Shown here piece by piece: positions 20,274-29,757 of a DNA stretch of 64,000 nucleotides. Origin of the DNA: Halarcobacter sp. (GTDB lineage Bacteria; Campylobacterota; Campylobacteria; Campylobacterales; Arcobacteraceae); NCBI GenBank assembly GCA_963676565.1, contig OY781089.1, positions 1,632,001 to 1,696,000 on the forward strand. Direction: 5' to 3'. The translations under genes were made by a program, and so were the position numbers. How positions within the stretch are numbered: the stretch's first letter is position 1; the number at the start of each line of letters is the position of its first letter. The notes below the pieces were generated by a model, which saw nothing but the letters and a program-made list of their open reading frames with translations, ran no database searches and was not told where the DNA came from.

Positions 20274-21308
20274 TTGAAATTAGCTATCATTTTTGGAGGA
20301 AAATCTTATGAACATGAGATTTCAATAGTATCTGCAATTGCAATGAAAGATGTTTTAAAACACGAATTAACATATATTTTTTTAGATACAAATAGAGAAT
20401 TCTATCATATCCCAACAGATACAATAAAATCAAAACTTTTTAGTAGTGGTGAATATAAAAAATGTGATAAACTTCTTCTAAAAAATGGAGCATTTACAAA
20501 AAAAGCAATGTTTGGTGAAAAAACATTAGATTTTGATGTTGCTTTAAATATTATTCATGGTGGAGATGGAGAAGATGGTCTAGTTACATCACTTTTAGAA
20601 TTTAATAATATTCAATATCTTGGACCTAGAAAAGGTGCTTGCTCAGTATCTTTTAATAAGTTTTTAACAAAAGGTTATGCATCAAGTGTTGGTGTTAAAA
20701 CTATTCAATATAAATATTATACTAATAAATCGCAAATTTCAGTTGTTCAATATCCAGTTATCATAAAACCAGTAACACTTGGAAGTTCAATTGGTGTTTC
20801 TATTGTAAAAAATCAAGATGAATTAGATTATGCTTTAGATGTTGCTTTTGAGTTTGATGATGCAGTTATCATTGAGCCATTTATTCAAGGTATAAAAGAG
20901 TATAACCTTGCAGGTTGTAAGGTTAATGGGGAGTTTGTATTCTCTATAATTGAAGAACCACAAAAAGCCGAGTTTTTAGATTTCGATAAAAAATATTTAG
21001 ATTTTGCAAGAACTTCAAAAGCTATTGAAGCCAACTTAGATGATAAGATGGCTGAAAAAGTAAAAGAAACATTTAAAAAAATTTATAATAATACTTTTGA
21101 GGGCGCTTTAATTAGATGTGACCTTTTCATCAATGAAGATGAAGTTTATTTAAATGAGATAAATCCTATTCCTGGTTCTATGGCAAACTATTTGTTTGAA
21201 GATTTTAATGCAGTTTTCACATCTTTAGCTTCTTCTTTACCAAAACAAAGAAACATTACAATTAACTATGAGTATGTAAATAAAATACAAGCATCAAAGG
21301 GAAAATAA
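20274..21308 (+). CDS. ddl: D-alanine--D-alanine ligase
   Basis: FGGKSYEHEISI, HGGDGEDG, GSSIGV, LNEINPIPG. Confidence 0.95.
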   Translation: MKLAIIFGGKSYEHEISIVSAIAMKDVLKHELTYIFLDTNREFYHIPTDTIKSKLFSSGEYKKCDKLLLKNGAFTKKAMFGEKTLDFDVALNIIHGGDGEDGLVTSLLEFNNIQYLGPRKGACSVSFNKFLTKGYASSVGVKTIQYKYYTNKSQISVVQYPVIIKPVTLGSSIGVSIVKNQDELDYALDVAFEFDDAVIIEPFIQGIKEYNLAGCKVNGEFVFSIIEEPQKAEFLDFDKKYLDFARTSKAIEANLDDKMAEKVKETFKKIYNNTFEGALIRCDLFINEDEVYLNEINPIPGSMANYLFEDFNAVFTSLASSLPKQRNITINYEYVNKIQASKGK

Positions 21309-22028
21309 TTGGCTCAAAAGAGTATAAATATTGATAATAAAAAATTTGATATCTCTTATGATTTAGTAAACCCCTCTTTAAAAAACGATTTTGTTGTTTT
21401 ACATGGTTGGGGTTCAAATAAAGAGATAATGAAGCAAGCCTTTAGTTCTTATTTAAAAGATTTTAGACATATTTATATTGATATGCCAGGCTTTGGTAAA
21501 AGTTCAAATGATTATACTCTTACTACAAATGATTATGCAAAAATAGTTAATAGTTTTTTAGAAGAGTTAAATTCAGATAAAAAGATTATTGCTGGACACT
21601 CTTTTGGTGGGAAGGTAGCAACTTTAATAAACCCTGATAATCTTGTTTTATTAAGTACGGCTGGAATTTTAGAAGAGAAGCCATTAGATATTAAACTAAA
21701 AATAAAATTCTCAAAAATCTTAAATACTTTAGGTTTAAAAGGTATAACTAAAGCTTTTAGAAGTAAAGATGTTAATCAAATGAGTGAAGCTATGTACTCA
21801 ACTTTTAAAAATGTTGTTGATGAAGACTTTACAAACTCTTTTAAATCTTATAAAAAAAATGGTATGATTTTTTGGGGTGAAGAAGATAGTGCAACAACAC
21901 TTCCTTCTGGGAAAAAGATTCATTCATTGATTGAAAATAGTAGTTTTACTTCATATAAAGGTGACCACTACTTTTTCTTGAAACATGCAAATGATATTTC
22001 ACAAAAAATAGAAAATGGAATTATTTAA
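21309..22028 (+). CDS. Alpha/beta fold hydrolase
   Basis: LHGWG, DMPGFG, GHSFGG nucleophile, GDH. Confidence 0.92.
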   Translation: MAQKSINIDNKKFDISYDLVNPSLKNDFVVLHGWGSNKEIMKQAFSSYLKDFRHIYIDMPGFGKSSNDYTLTTNDYAKIVNSFLEELNSDKKIIAGHSFGGKVATLINPDNLVLLSTAGILEEKPLDIKLKIKFSKILNTLGLKGITKAFRSKDVNQMSEAMYSTFKNVVDEDFTNSFKSYKKNGMIFWGEEDSATTLPSGKKIHSLIENSSFTSYKGDHYFFLKHANDISQKIENGII

Positions 22029-23464
22029 TGGAATACTTATATATTTTTACACATATAATTTTAATTATGGCATTAGGTTGGTACCTAATAACTAATCTTC
22101 AATGGTATAACTATAAAATTGAAAGAGTTGTTTTAAAACACCATAAATGGCAATGGCATATCACTTATTTTGTTGCACCAATTGTTTTATTTCATCTTTT
22201 ACCGGAACTTTATTTTACAATCTATTTTTACTTAATATTTATGACAAGTTTTATTTTATGGAATAAAAAACTTGACAAGTCTTTAGTTTTAACTGGTCGT
22301 GTAAAAAGATTTTTAGCAATACTATTATTTACAACTTTTGCAATAACTTCATTATGTTTAGCAAGTGAAGCTTGTCACTCAACAGCTGTATTTATTCCTT
22401 TATTTTTAGCATATGGTATCTCAACACTTTTAGAAAAGATGTTTTTTATATCTTTTAAACATAAAGCAAAAGAAAGACTTGAAACTATTCCTGGTTTAAA
22501 AACAGTTGCAATTACTGCTTCATATGGAAAAACATCAATTAAAAACTATTTATATCAAGTATTAAAAAATAAATATAAGGTTTATAAAACACCAAGGTCA
22601 GTAAATACTATAGGTGGAATTGTTTTAGATGTAAATAGAGATTTACCTTTAGATACTCAAATTTATATTGCTGAAGCTGGCGCAAGACAGATGGGTGATA
22701 TTGCAGAGATTACACTTTTTTTAGAACCAGAATATTGTGTGTTAGGTTCAGTTGGGGAACAACATATTGAGTATTTTAAAACTTTAGATAATATTATTCA
22801 TACAAAAATGGAGATTTTACAAAGTCCAAAGATGAAAAGAGGTTTTGTACATGAATCAGTTCCAATTAAAGAGTATGATACTATCACAAAATTTCCAGAT
22901 AATCTAAATGTTACAATGTCAAACTTAGATGGTATTTGGTTTGATATTTTAATCAATGGTGAACAACAACATTTCCATGCTCCTATACTTGGAAGTTTTA
23001 ATGCAATCAATTTAACAGCAGTAATTTTAGTTGCCCATGAACTTGGAATGAGTATTGATGAGATAAAAATGGCAATAAAAGATTTACCTCAAGTTGAACA
23101 TAGACTTCAAAAAATAGAAGCAGGTGGTAAAGTTATTATAGATGACAGTTTCAATGGTAACCTAGAAGGTATGCTTGAGGCAATTAATATTTGTACACAC
23201 CATGAAGGAAGAAAAGTTATTGTAACTCCTGGACTTGTTGAATCAACTTCTGAAGCAAATATTTTATTGGCAAATGAGATTAATGAAAAGTTTGATTTTG
23301 CAATTATTACGGGTTCTTTAAATACTCATTTATTAAGTGCAAATATTGATGATAAAAAACTATTTATATTAAAAGATAAAGAGCAATTACAAGATACACT
23401 TGCCCAAAAAACAAAAGCAGGGGATTTAATACTTTTTGCAAATGATGCACCAAACTTTATATAG
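22028..23464 (+). CDS. murF: UDP-N-acetylmuramoyl-tripeptide--D-Ala-D-Ala ligase (membrane-anchored Campylobacterota type)
   Basis: N-terminal TMs, ITASYGKTSIK, IIDDSFNGN; in an operon with ddl. Confidence 0.85.
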   Translation: MEYLYIFTHIILIMALGWYLITNLQWYNYKIERVVLKHHKWQWHITYFVAPIVLFHLLPELYFTIYFYLIFMTSFILWNKKLDKSLVLTGRVKRFLAILLFTTFAITSLCLASEACHSTAVFIPLFLAYGISTLLEKMFFISFKHKAKERLETIPGLKTVAITASYGKTSIKNYLYQVLKNKYKVYKTPRSVNTIGGIVLDVNRDLPLDTQIYIAEAGARQMGDIAEITLFLEPEYCVLGSVGEQHIEYFKTLDNIIHTKMEILQSPKMKRGFVHESVPIKEYDTITKFPDNLNVTMSNLDGIWFDILINGEQQHFHAPILGSFNAINLTAVILVAHELGMSIDEIKMAIKDLPQVEHRLQKIEAGGKVIIDDSFNGNLEGMLEAINICTHHEGRKVIVTPGLVESTSEANILLANEINEKFDFAIITGSLNTHLLSANIDDKKLFILKDKEQLQDTLAQKTKAGDLILFANDAPNFI

Positions 23465-23475
23465 GAAAACTTATA

Positions 23476-23967
23476 ATGGATAGACTTTATGCACCTTGGA
23501 GATTTGAATACGTAACAGAGGAAAAAATTGAAGGGTGTGTATTTTGTCATATACATAAAAATGTTGACAAAGATGAAAAACTTGGAGTTTTATTTAGAGA
23601 TAAAAACTGTTATGTTGTGATGAATAAATATCCATATTCTCCTGGTCATATGATGATAATACCTAATTTTCATACCGATAAAATTGAAGACTTAGATGAA
23701 CAAACATGGATTGATATGTCTATTAGAGTTAGACAAGCTACAAAAATGCTCAAAGAAGTTTTAAATGCCCAAGGTGTCAATATAGGAATGAACCTTAGTA
23801 AAGCTGCAGGAGCAGGAATTGCTGAACATGTTCATTACCATGTCTTACCAAGATGGTTAGGTGATACAAACTTTATTTCATCTATAGGAAATACAAGGGT
23901 ATACCCAGTTGACTTTGATAAGATATATTTGGATCTTAAAGTACAGGCTTCTAAGTATTTTTTATAA
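23476..23967 (+). CDS. HIT family hydrolase
   Basis: LYAPWR, CVFC, NKYPYSPGH, HVHYHVLPRW. Confidence 0.93.
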   Translation: MDRLYAPWRFEYVTEEKIEGCVFCHIHKNVDKDEKLGVLFRDKNCYVVMNKYPYSPGHMMIIPNFHTDKIEDLDEQTWIDMSIRVRQATKMLKEVLNAQGVNIGMNLSKAAGAGIAEHVHYHVLPRWLGDTNFISSIGNTRVYPVDFDKIYLDLKVQASKYFL

Positions 23968-23983
23968 TTAAATTGGATTGTAA

Positions 23984-25111
23984 ATGGAACCTAAAAAAAT
24001 TATTGAATTTGTTAGACAAAAAGACTTTAAATTTATAAAAGAAATTGGTAGAGGTTCTTTTGGCGAAACAGTATTATTAGAAGATGAATATATTGATTAT
24101 GAATTTGTTTGCAAAAAATATTCACCTTTTGAATTTATAGATAAAGAAGCTTTTTATAAAAATTTCATTAATGAAATTAAAACTTTACACCTTCTTTACA
24201 ATAGAAATATTGTAAGAGTATTTAATTATTATTTATACCCAAAATTGCATCTAGGTTATTTGATGATGGAATATATCAATGGTGAAACAATTTCTGATTA
24301 TTTAGAAAAGTATCCAGAAAATTTGAATGATATATTTAAACAAGTAATTGAAGGGTTTTCATATTTAGAATCGCATAAAATATTACATAGAGACATTAGA
24401 GATAATAATATTCTTGTTGATGATAAAGGAATAGTAAAAATTATAGATTTTGGATTTTCGAAGAAAATAAATTTCGATGGTGATAATCAAAAGAGTATAT
24501 CAATTAATTGGATAAGCAGTGTACTACCTGATGATTTTAAAATGGAAATTTATGACCATACTACAGAAATTTTCTTTGTTGGTAAGTTGTTCGAAGACAT
24601 AATGAGCCAAATAAACAGTTCATTTAAATATAAAACTATATTAAAAAAAATGATTGAAGTAAATCCTAAACATAGAATTTCTTCTTTTAAACTAATTCTG
24701 AAAGAAATTAATGAAAAATCTTTTACTTTAAATTTGTTTAATAAAGATGAAAAAAGTATTTACAAAAATTTAGCAGAATCTTTTTCTACTGGAATAGTAA
24801 AAAGAGAAGAATCTTCTAATATAATTAGTGATATTGATAAAATCATTAAAAATCTTGATACATTGCATCAAAAGACAATGCTTGAAGATTTTGTTAATTC
24901 TAAACATTTATTAAGAGTATTTATAGATGGTGAATATCAGTTTTCAAATACGCTAGTTGAAGTTGAAAGTATTCAAAATTTTACTTCTTTCTTTAAAAGT
25001 ATTTCTAGAGAAAAACAAAATATAATTTTATATCATTTATCGACAAGGTTTGATGATGTTTTTAAATATTCAAATAATGTATATATTGATGATGAAGAAA
25101 TACCTTTCTAG
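23984..25111 (+). CDS. Hanks-type Ser/Thr protein kinase with SSB-like acidic C-terminal tail
   Basis: IGRGSFG, VCKK, NEIK, HRDIRDNN, IIDFG; ends YIDDEEIPF. Confidence 0.9.
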   Translation: MEPKKIIEFVRQKDFKFIKEIGRGSFGETVLLEDEYIDYEFVCKKYSPFEFIDKEAFYKNFINEIKTLHLLYNRNIVRVFNYYLYPKLHLGYLMMEYINGETISDYLEKYPENLNDIFKQVIEGFSYLESHKILHRDIRDNNILVDDKGIVKIIDFGFSKKINFDGDNQKSISINWISSVLPDDFKMEIYDHTTEIFFVGKLFEDIMSQINSSFKYKTILKKMIEVNPKHRISSFKLILKEINEKSFTLNLFNKDEKSIYKNLAESFSTGIVKREESSNIISDIDKIIKNLDTLHQKTMLEDFVNSKHLLRVFIDGEYQFSNTLVEVESIQNFTSFFKSISREKQNIILYHLSTRFDDVFKYSNNVYIDDEEIPF

Positions 25112-25164
25112 GTAAAGTAGTTATATATTTAGCATTATTATAAATTAAGTTATACTCAAAAACT

Positions 25165-25300
25165 ATTTTTATGCTTTGTGTTATTTATCTCTTTTGCGTG
25201 ACTAAAAACTTGCTAAAACATTTTGTAAGAACGTTTCTTTACGCTTCAAACAGTTTACTCACTTGTTTTTATAAGAGATAAATAACGCTCGGCTTCAAAA
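25165..25300 (-). ncRNA. Putative structured non-coding element A (RNA or ssDNA)
   Basis: 14-bp perfect inverted repeat gttatttatctctt (25180-25193)/aagagataaataac (25273-25286) enclosing inner stems; on - it shows ttgaagccg...tgtttga...agttt like element B. Confidence 0.45.
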
Positions 25301-25402
25301 ATGTAGAGAGGTTGGATAAGGACATTTGGTTTATTTGTTACCATTTTATTTGAGTTTGTGTCGTATTAAATCTAGGTATGAAAGTTTACAGCTTTTTTCA
25401 GT

Positions 25403-25623
25403 CCAGACTTTGTTGAAGCCGGAAGGTTTTTAATTCTTTTCGAAAAAGCCTGAGAATGTTTGAGATAAAAAGGTGACTAAATGTCACGTTTTTATTGAGT
25501 TTCGCAAGGCAAAAAATAAGTACAAACATGTAGGGAAGCTCTGCCTTCAACAATGTGTCTGGTTGCTTTTTGCCATACTTTTTTCAACAAAAAAGTGTGA
25601 AAGCGTACTCACCTCATGAGTAC
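25403..25623 (+). ncRNA. Putative structured non-coding element B (RNA or ssDNA)
   Basis: Long-range stem ccagac..ttgttgaag (25403-25418)/cttcaacaa..gtctgg (25545-25562); hairpins at 25465-25495, 25574-25599 (U-G pair on +) and 25605-25623. Confidence 0.55.
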
Positions 25624-25655
25624 AAGACCAAGAGAAGTATTTAACTCCTCAAAAT

Positions 25656-25925
25656 CTACTTATGGGAATGACTTTCTGCAATCAAGCCTTGAATTTTTTC
25701 ATAAACTTCATTAGCTTGTTCATCCTCAATTTTTCCTTCATTTACAGCATAAATAATATTTTGTAACTCTACAAGAAAAGACTCCATATCTCTTACTTCT
25801 TCCATATTCTCATCTGTTTGTTCTTTTTTTTCAATAATTGTATGTAAATCATATAGATATGCTTCTACCTCTGGTATCATTGTCTTTTCTATAACTTCTA
25901 ATAAATCTTTTTTAATCTGTGTCAT
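25656..25925 (-). CDS. Hypothetical acidic helical protein
   Basis: ORF with AAGGA RBS before ATG 25925; no motif recognised. Confidence 0.75.
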   Translation of the reverse strand: MTQIKKDLLEVIEKTMIPEVEAYLYDLHTIIEKKEQTDENMEEVRDMESFLVELQNIIYAVNEGKIEDEQANEVYEKIQGLIAESHSHK

Positions 25926-26166
25926 AATTTTATATATCCTTATATTTTTTATATTATATCTTATCAATCCCCTTATTTATATTTTTTTATAGCTTTAAAA
26001 TATGAAAATATAATTTTTCAATTCAAGTAAAATATTAAGTTACAAATTCTCTAATATATTTTATTTAAAATAAACATTAACTATATAAACTATATACAAT
26101 TTCTCTTCCAATTTACAAAAAAATTTAGTATATTATTCTTTGGGAAAAGTACAAGAAGGATAATAT

Positions 26167-27411
26167 ATGAAAAAAGACATAATTATTATTGGTGGTGGTA
26201 TTGTTGGATTAACTTGCGCTTACTTTTTAAATAAAGCAGGACGAGAAGTAACAATTATTGATGAAGGGAATATTACTAATTCTACATCATTTGGAAATGC
26301 TGGCTTACTTTCAGCTTTTGACAAATCCCCATTAAGTTATCCTGGCGTTGTTACAAATACTTTAAAACTGATGCTTAAAAATCAATCCCCTGCAATAGTC
26401 CATCCTACAACAGATTTAAATGTATATAAATGGTTATTGAAATTTGTAGTAAATGCAAATGAAAAAAGAACAAATAAAACTATGATGTTATTTGAAAAAT
26501 ATGGTGAGATTTCAAATAGACTTTATAAAAAAATGCAAAAAGATGACAACTTAGATTTTGATTTTCACCATGATGGGATGTTATCTATTTTCACAGAAGA
26601 AAAAACATACCAAGAAAAATTAAAAAAATACAATTATGTCGATGAAAAAAGATTTAAGATTTTAGATAAAGAAGAGATTAGTGAGTATTTGCCAAGTGGT
26701 ACTGAAAAGATTAAAGGTGGAATTTTATTTAAAAAAAATGCAAGATTTGATCCTAAAAGAGCAATGCATGAATTAAAAAGGCACTTGGAAGAATCAGGTG
26801 TAGAGTTTATATTAAATGAAAAAATTGACAATATAAGTTTTAAAGATAGTAAAGTAAGTTATATACACTCTAAAAATGGTGAATTTTACGAAGCAGAACA
26901 TTTTATTATGTCAACTGGATATCAAACGCTTTTAGCTGATATTAGAAAAAAACCATTGATGATGACACCTGCAAAAGGTTATAGTATAACTTTTAATATG
27001 CCAGAAGAGTTAATGCCAAAAGTATCAACCTTATTTAATGACTTGTTTATTGTTATGACTCCAAGACGGGATAATGTAAGATTAACCTCTAAACTTGAAA
27101 TAGGTAGTGATGACCCAAAAGTTGTTAAAAAACAAATTGACAGTATCAAGAAAAACTTTTTTGAATATAATAAAAATTTTGAGATGCTTAATGAAGAGTT
27201 TTGGAGTGGCTTTAGACCTTTAACACCAAATGATATTCCACTTATTGGAAGAGATGATGAGATTAAAAACTTAACGTATGCTATGGGACTAGGTTGGCTT
27301 GGTATGACATTTGCTCCAGCTGTTGGTAAAATTATTACAGAACTAGTAGTTAAAGATAAATCAAATGCCAAATCTGACGATATATTATTGTTTTCTGGAT
27401 TTTATCAGTAA
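26167..27411 (+). CDS. D-amino acid dehydrogenase/oxidase family FAD-dependent oxidoreductase
   Basis: GGGIVG, TSFGNAG, PAKGYS, WSGFRPLTPNDIPLIG, GWLGMTFAP. Confidence 0.9.
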   Translation: MKKDIIIIGGGIVGLTCAYFLNKAGREVTIIDEGNITNSTSFGNAGLLSAFDKSPLSYPGVVTNTLKLMLKNQSPAIVHPTTDLNVYKWLLKFVVNANEKRTNKTMMLFEKYGEISNRLYKKMQKDDNLDFDFHHDGMLSIFTEEKTYQEKLKKYNYVDEKRFKILDKEEISEYLPSGTEKIKGGILFKKNARFDPKRAMHELKRHLEESGVEFILNEKIDNISFKDSKVSYIHSKNGEFYEAEHFIMSTGYQTLLADIRKKPLMMTPAKGYSITFNMPEELMPKVSTLFNDLFIVMTPRRDNVRLTSKLEIGSDDPKVVKKQIDSIKKNFFEYNKNFEMLNEEFWSGFRPLTPNDIPLIGRDDEIKNLTYAMGLGWLGMTFAPAVGKIITELVVKDKSNAKSDDILLFSGFYQ

Positions 27412-27425
27412 GTAAAAAATTTAAA

Positions 27426-27932
27426 TTAGTTTCTTAAATTTTGAGTATAAGCTTGTAACTGTTCGTTTACTTTTGGTGTTTGTATTTCTTTATTCACAAT
27501 ATCCATAATAGAAGCATATGCTGATAATTCAACTTCACCAGTACCTTGGTTGTTTCCTTTTAAGGATTCAATCAAGCTTGAAGTTAAATCTGTAATATTT
27601 TGATTATTTTGTTCATCTACAGAAAAATTTTGAGGTTTAACCCCTAATTCTTCTAAAGTATTTGTAAAATCTTCATTTGAAATTTTACCCTCTTTTAAAT
27701 CATTAAAAGAAGAGACTATATTATCTTGTAATTCTTGAAACTCAATACTCTCTTGAGATATAGGATTTATTGCAACAGCAGTTGCAGGCAATTCTAAACC
27801 ACTTACTCTATTTGTAGCTAGTGATTCCTCATTGGAAGGACTATTAACAACAGCAATATTTTCAGCAGAAACTTCAGATACATCAAATGGATCATAAGCT
27901 GAATAGATTGGATCTACAGGTGCAATTTGCAT
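27426..27932 (-). CDS. Hypothetical acidic protein
   Basis: ORF with strong AGGAGG RBS; no motif recognised. Confidence 0.75.
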   Translation of the reverse strand: MQIAPVDPIYSAYDPFDVSEVSAENIAVVNSPSNEESLATNRVSGLELPATAVAINPISQESIEFQELQDNIVSSFNDLKEGKISNEDFTNTLEELGVKPQNFSVDEQNNQNITDLTSSLIESLKGNNQGTGEVELSAYASIMDIVNKEIQTPKVNEQLQAYTQNLRN

Positions 27933-27999
27933 AATAACCTCCTTTTTCTTAGATAATTATACCATAATCAGTCAAAAAAAAGAAATATTATCAATAATA

Positions 28000-28629
28000 T
28001 TATTCTATTACATTTAATAGATTTTTACCCTTTGTAGTTAGATAGGGTAAAATCATAAATTCAAAAAAAATCTCTTTTGCTTCTTTTATTGATTCTCTTG
28101 TAACATCACCTGTTATTGAAGCAAATGCTTGCCAGTATGAAGTTATAAACCAATGAAGTTTTGCTCTTTTTTCTAAATTATCATTTATGGAAGAAACTAA
28201 AATATCCTCATTTATAAAGAACTCTAAATTATCTTGAATTTGTAGTATTCTTTTTTGTTGATTTTTTACAAATAGTTCTTTTAAGCTAGGATTTAATGCC
28301 ATGATAACCATTGAGTCTCTTAATAAAAAACGATATTCATAAAAAAGTTCTCCCATTTTGTCAAAGTTTACTTGTAGTTGTTTTAAAGGATTAGATGAAA
28401 TTTTTATTAGTTCAAAACTTTTTTGTGAAGAGTAAACTTGTGATAAATCCATATATAAAGATAAAATAATCTCTTCTTTGTTTTTAAAATGATAATAAAG
28501 ATTACCAGGAGAAATATCTGCTTCTTTTGCTATATGGTTTGTAGTTATACTTAAAGTGTCGTTTTCATTAAACAATTTTAGTGCAGCATTTTTTATTTTG
28601 TCAATTGTTGATATCTTCTTTTTTTTCAT
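28000..28629 (-). CDS. TetR/AcrR family transcriptional regulator
   Basis: ALKLFNE...[29 protein letters not shown]. Confidence 0.95.
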   Translation of the reverse strand: MKKKKISTIDKIKNAALKLFNENDTLSITTNHIAKEADISPGNLYYHFKNKEEIILSLYMDLSQVYSSQKSFELIKISSNPLKQLQVNFDKMGELFYEYRFLLRDSMVIMALNPSLKELFVKNQQKRILQIQDNLEFFINEDILVSSINDNLEKRAKLHWFITSYWQAFASITGDVTRESIKEAKEIFFEFMILPYLTTKGKNLLNVIE

Positions 28630-28645
28630 GGGATATTTTAACATA

Positions 28646-28684
28646 TTAGAGCTTTTACTTTAAAAATTAGAGTAATTACTCTAA
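28646..28684. promoter_or_regulatory. Tandem putative TetR operators
   Basis: Perfect 18-bp palindrome ttagagtaattactctaa (28667-28684) and degenerate copy ttagagcttttactttaa (28646-28663) between divergent tetR and dinB-like genes. Confidence 0.7.
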
Positions 28685-28760
28685 AATTAAGTTTATCTAG
28701 TTTATACTGTCGTTATATGTTAATTTATTTACATTTTATTTTAAATATAAAGGAGTTTTT

Positions 28761-29327
28761 ATGTCAGAGCCAAAGCCAGGAGCAGGGTTACCTTTCTGTG
28801 AAAGAATTTTTATAAAATATATTGGTGTAACATGTGCAAGAGTTTTTTTATCTTGGGATAATTCATTGAAATTATTTCAAAAAGAATCACTAAAAATAAA
28901 AGAACTTATAAAAGATATACCTCAAGAAAAACTTCAACAAAGAGTAAAAATAGATAGAGTATTTGGTATTGAAGATCATAGTTGCAATTATTCTATAAAT
29001 ATGACATTAGAGCATTTATCAATTGTCATTACAGCAATGATTTTTCTAATTGATTCTTTATCAAAAGAGAATGTGATAGAAAAAGAGGTAAAAATTGAAG
29101 AGGTAAAACCAAGTCAAAATGGAAATGATGAAGATAAAAAGTTTTTTCAAAGTGTTGACAAATATGTATCGTTCATTGAAAAGCATCCTAAAAATATATC
29201 TAAAGCAACTAAGTCACACCCTTGGTTTGTAGAATTCAATAATAAAGATTGGGCAACATTTTGTTTCATTCATACAGCAGTTCATCGAAGACAAATTGAA
29301 GCTATTATAAAAAAATTGAATTCTTAG
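28761..29327 (+). CDS. DinB/YfiT-like protein
   Basis: YSINMTLEHL, HPWF, HTAVHRRQI His triad pattern. Confidence 0.8.
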   Translation: MSEPKPGAGLPFCERIFIKYIGVTCARVFLSWDNSLKLFQKESLKIKELIKDIPQEKLQQRVKIDRVFGIEDHSCNYSINMTLEHLSIVITAMIFLIDSLSKENVIEKEVKIEEVKPSQNGNDEDKKFFQSVDKYVSFIEKHPKNISKATKSHPWFVEFNNKDWATFCFIHTAVHRRQIEAIIKKLNS

Positions 29328-29393
29328 ACTTTTAAAATATTTTCTTTGTTTATGATGTTATACTTTCTTTTATAATTTAGATAAAGGATTAGA

Positions 29394-29744
29394 ATGATTA
29401 CTAGAAAAATTGTAAATGAGAAAATGAGTAGAATAGTTGAGCATAATGGTACAATTTATCTAGCGGGTATTGTTTCAGATGACAAAGAATTAGATATAAA
29501 AGTTCAAGCAAAAAGAGCTTTAGAAATAGTTGATGAAAGATTAAAACAAGCAGGAAGTAATAAACATAATATCCTAAGAACAGAAATATTTTTAAAAGAT
29601 ATTTATAGGGATTTTAATGATTTCAATGATGTTTGGAAAGCTTGGATTCCCCAAGATGATAAACCAGCGAGATCTTGTGTTCAAGCAAATATGGCAAGCC
29701 ATAATACTTTAGTAGAATTGGTTATAACAGCAGCAAAGATTTAA
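29394..29744 (+). CDS. RidA/YjgF family protein (YoaB-like)
   Basis: MSRIVEHNGTIYLAG, FNDVWKAW, PARSCVQA, LVELVITAA. Confidence 0.92.
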   Translation: MITRKIVNEKMSRIVEHNGTIYLAGIVSDDKELDIKVQAKRALEIVDERLKQAGSNKHNILRTEIFLKDIYRDFNDFNDVWKAWIPQDDKPARSCVQANMASHNTLVELVITAAKI

Positions 29745-29757
29745 ATAAGAGTTTAAA

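Noticed and set aside
25112..25655. tRNA, tmRNA, RNase P, SRP or a known riboswitch
   Set aside because: No cloverleaf, T-loop, tag reading frame or other signature I can recognise, and it lies between two 3' ends rather than in a leader
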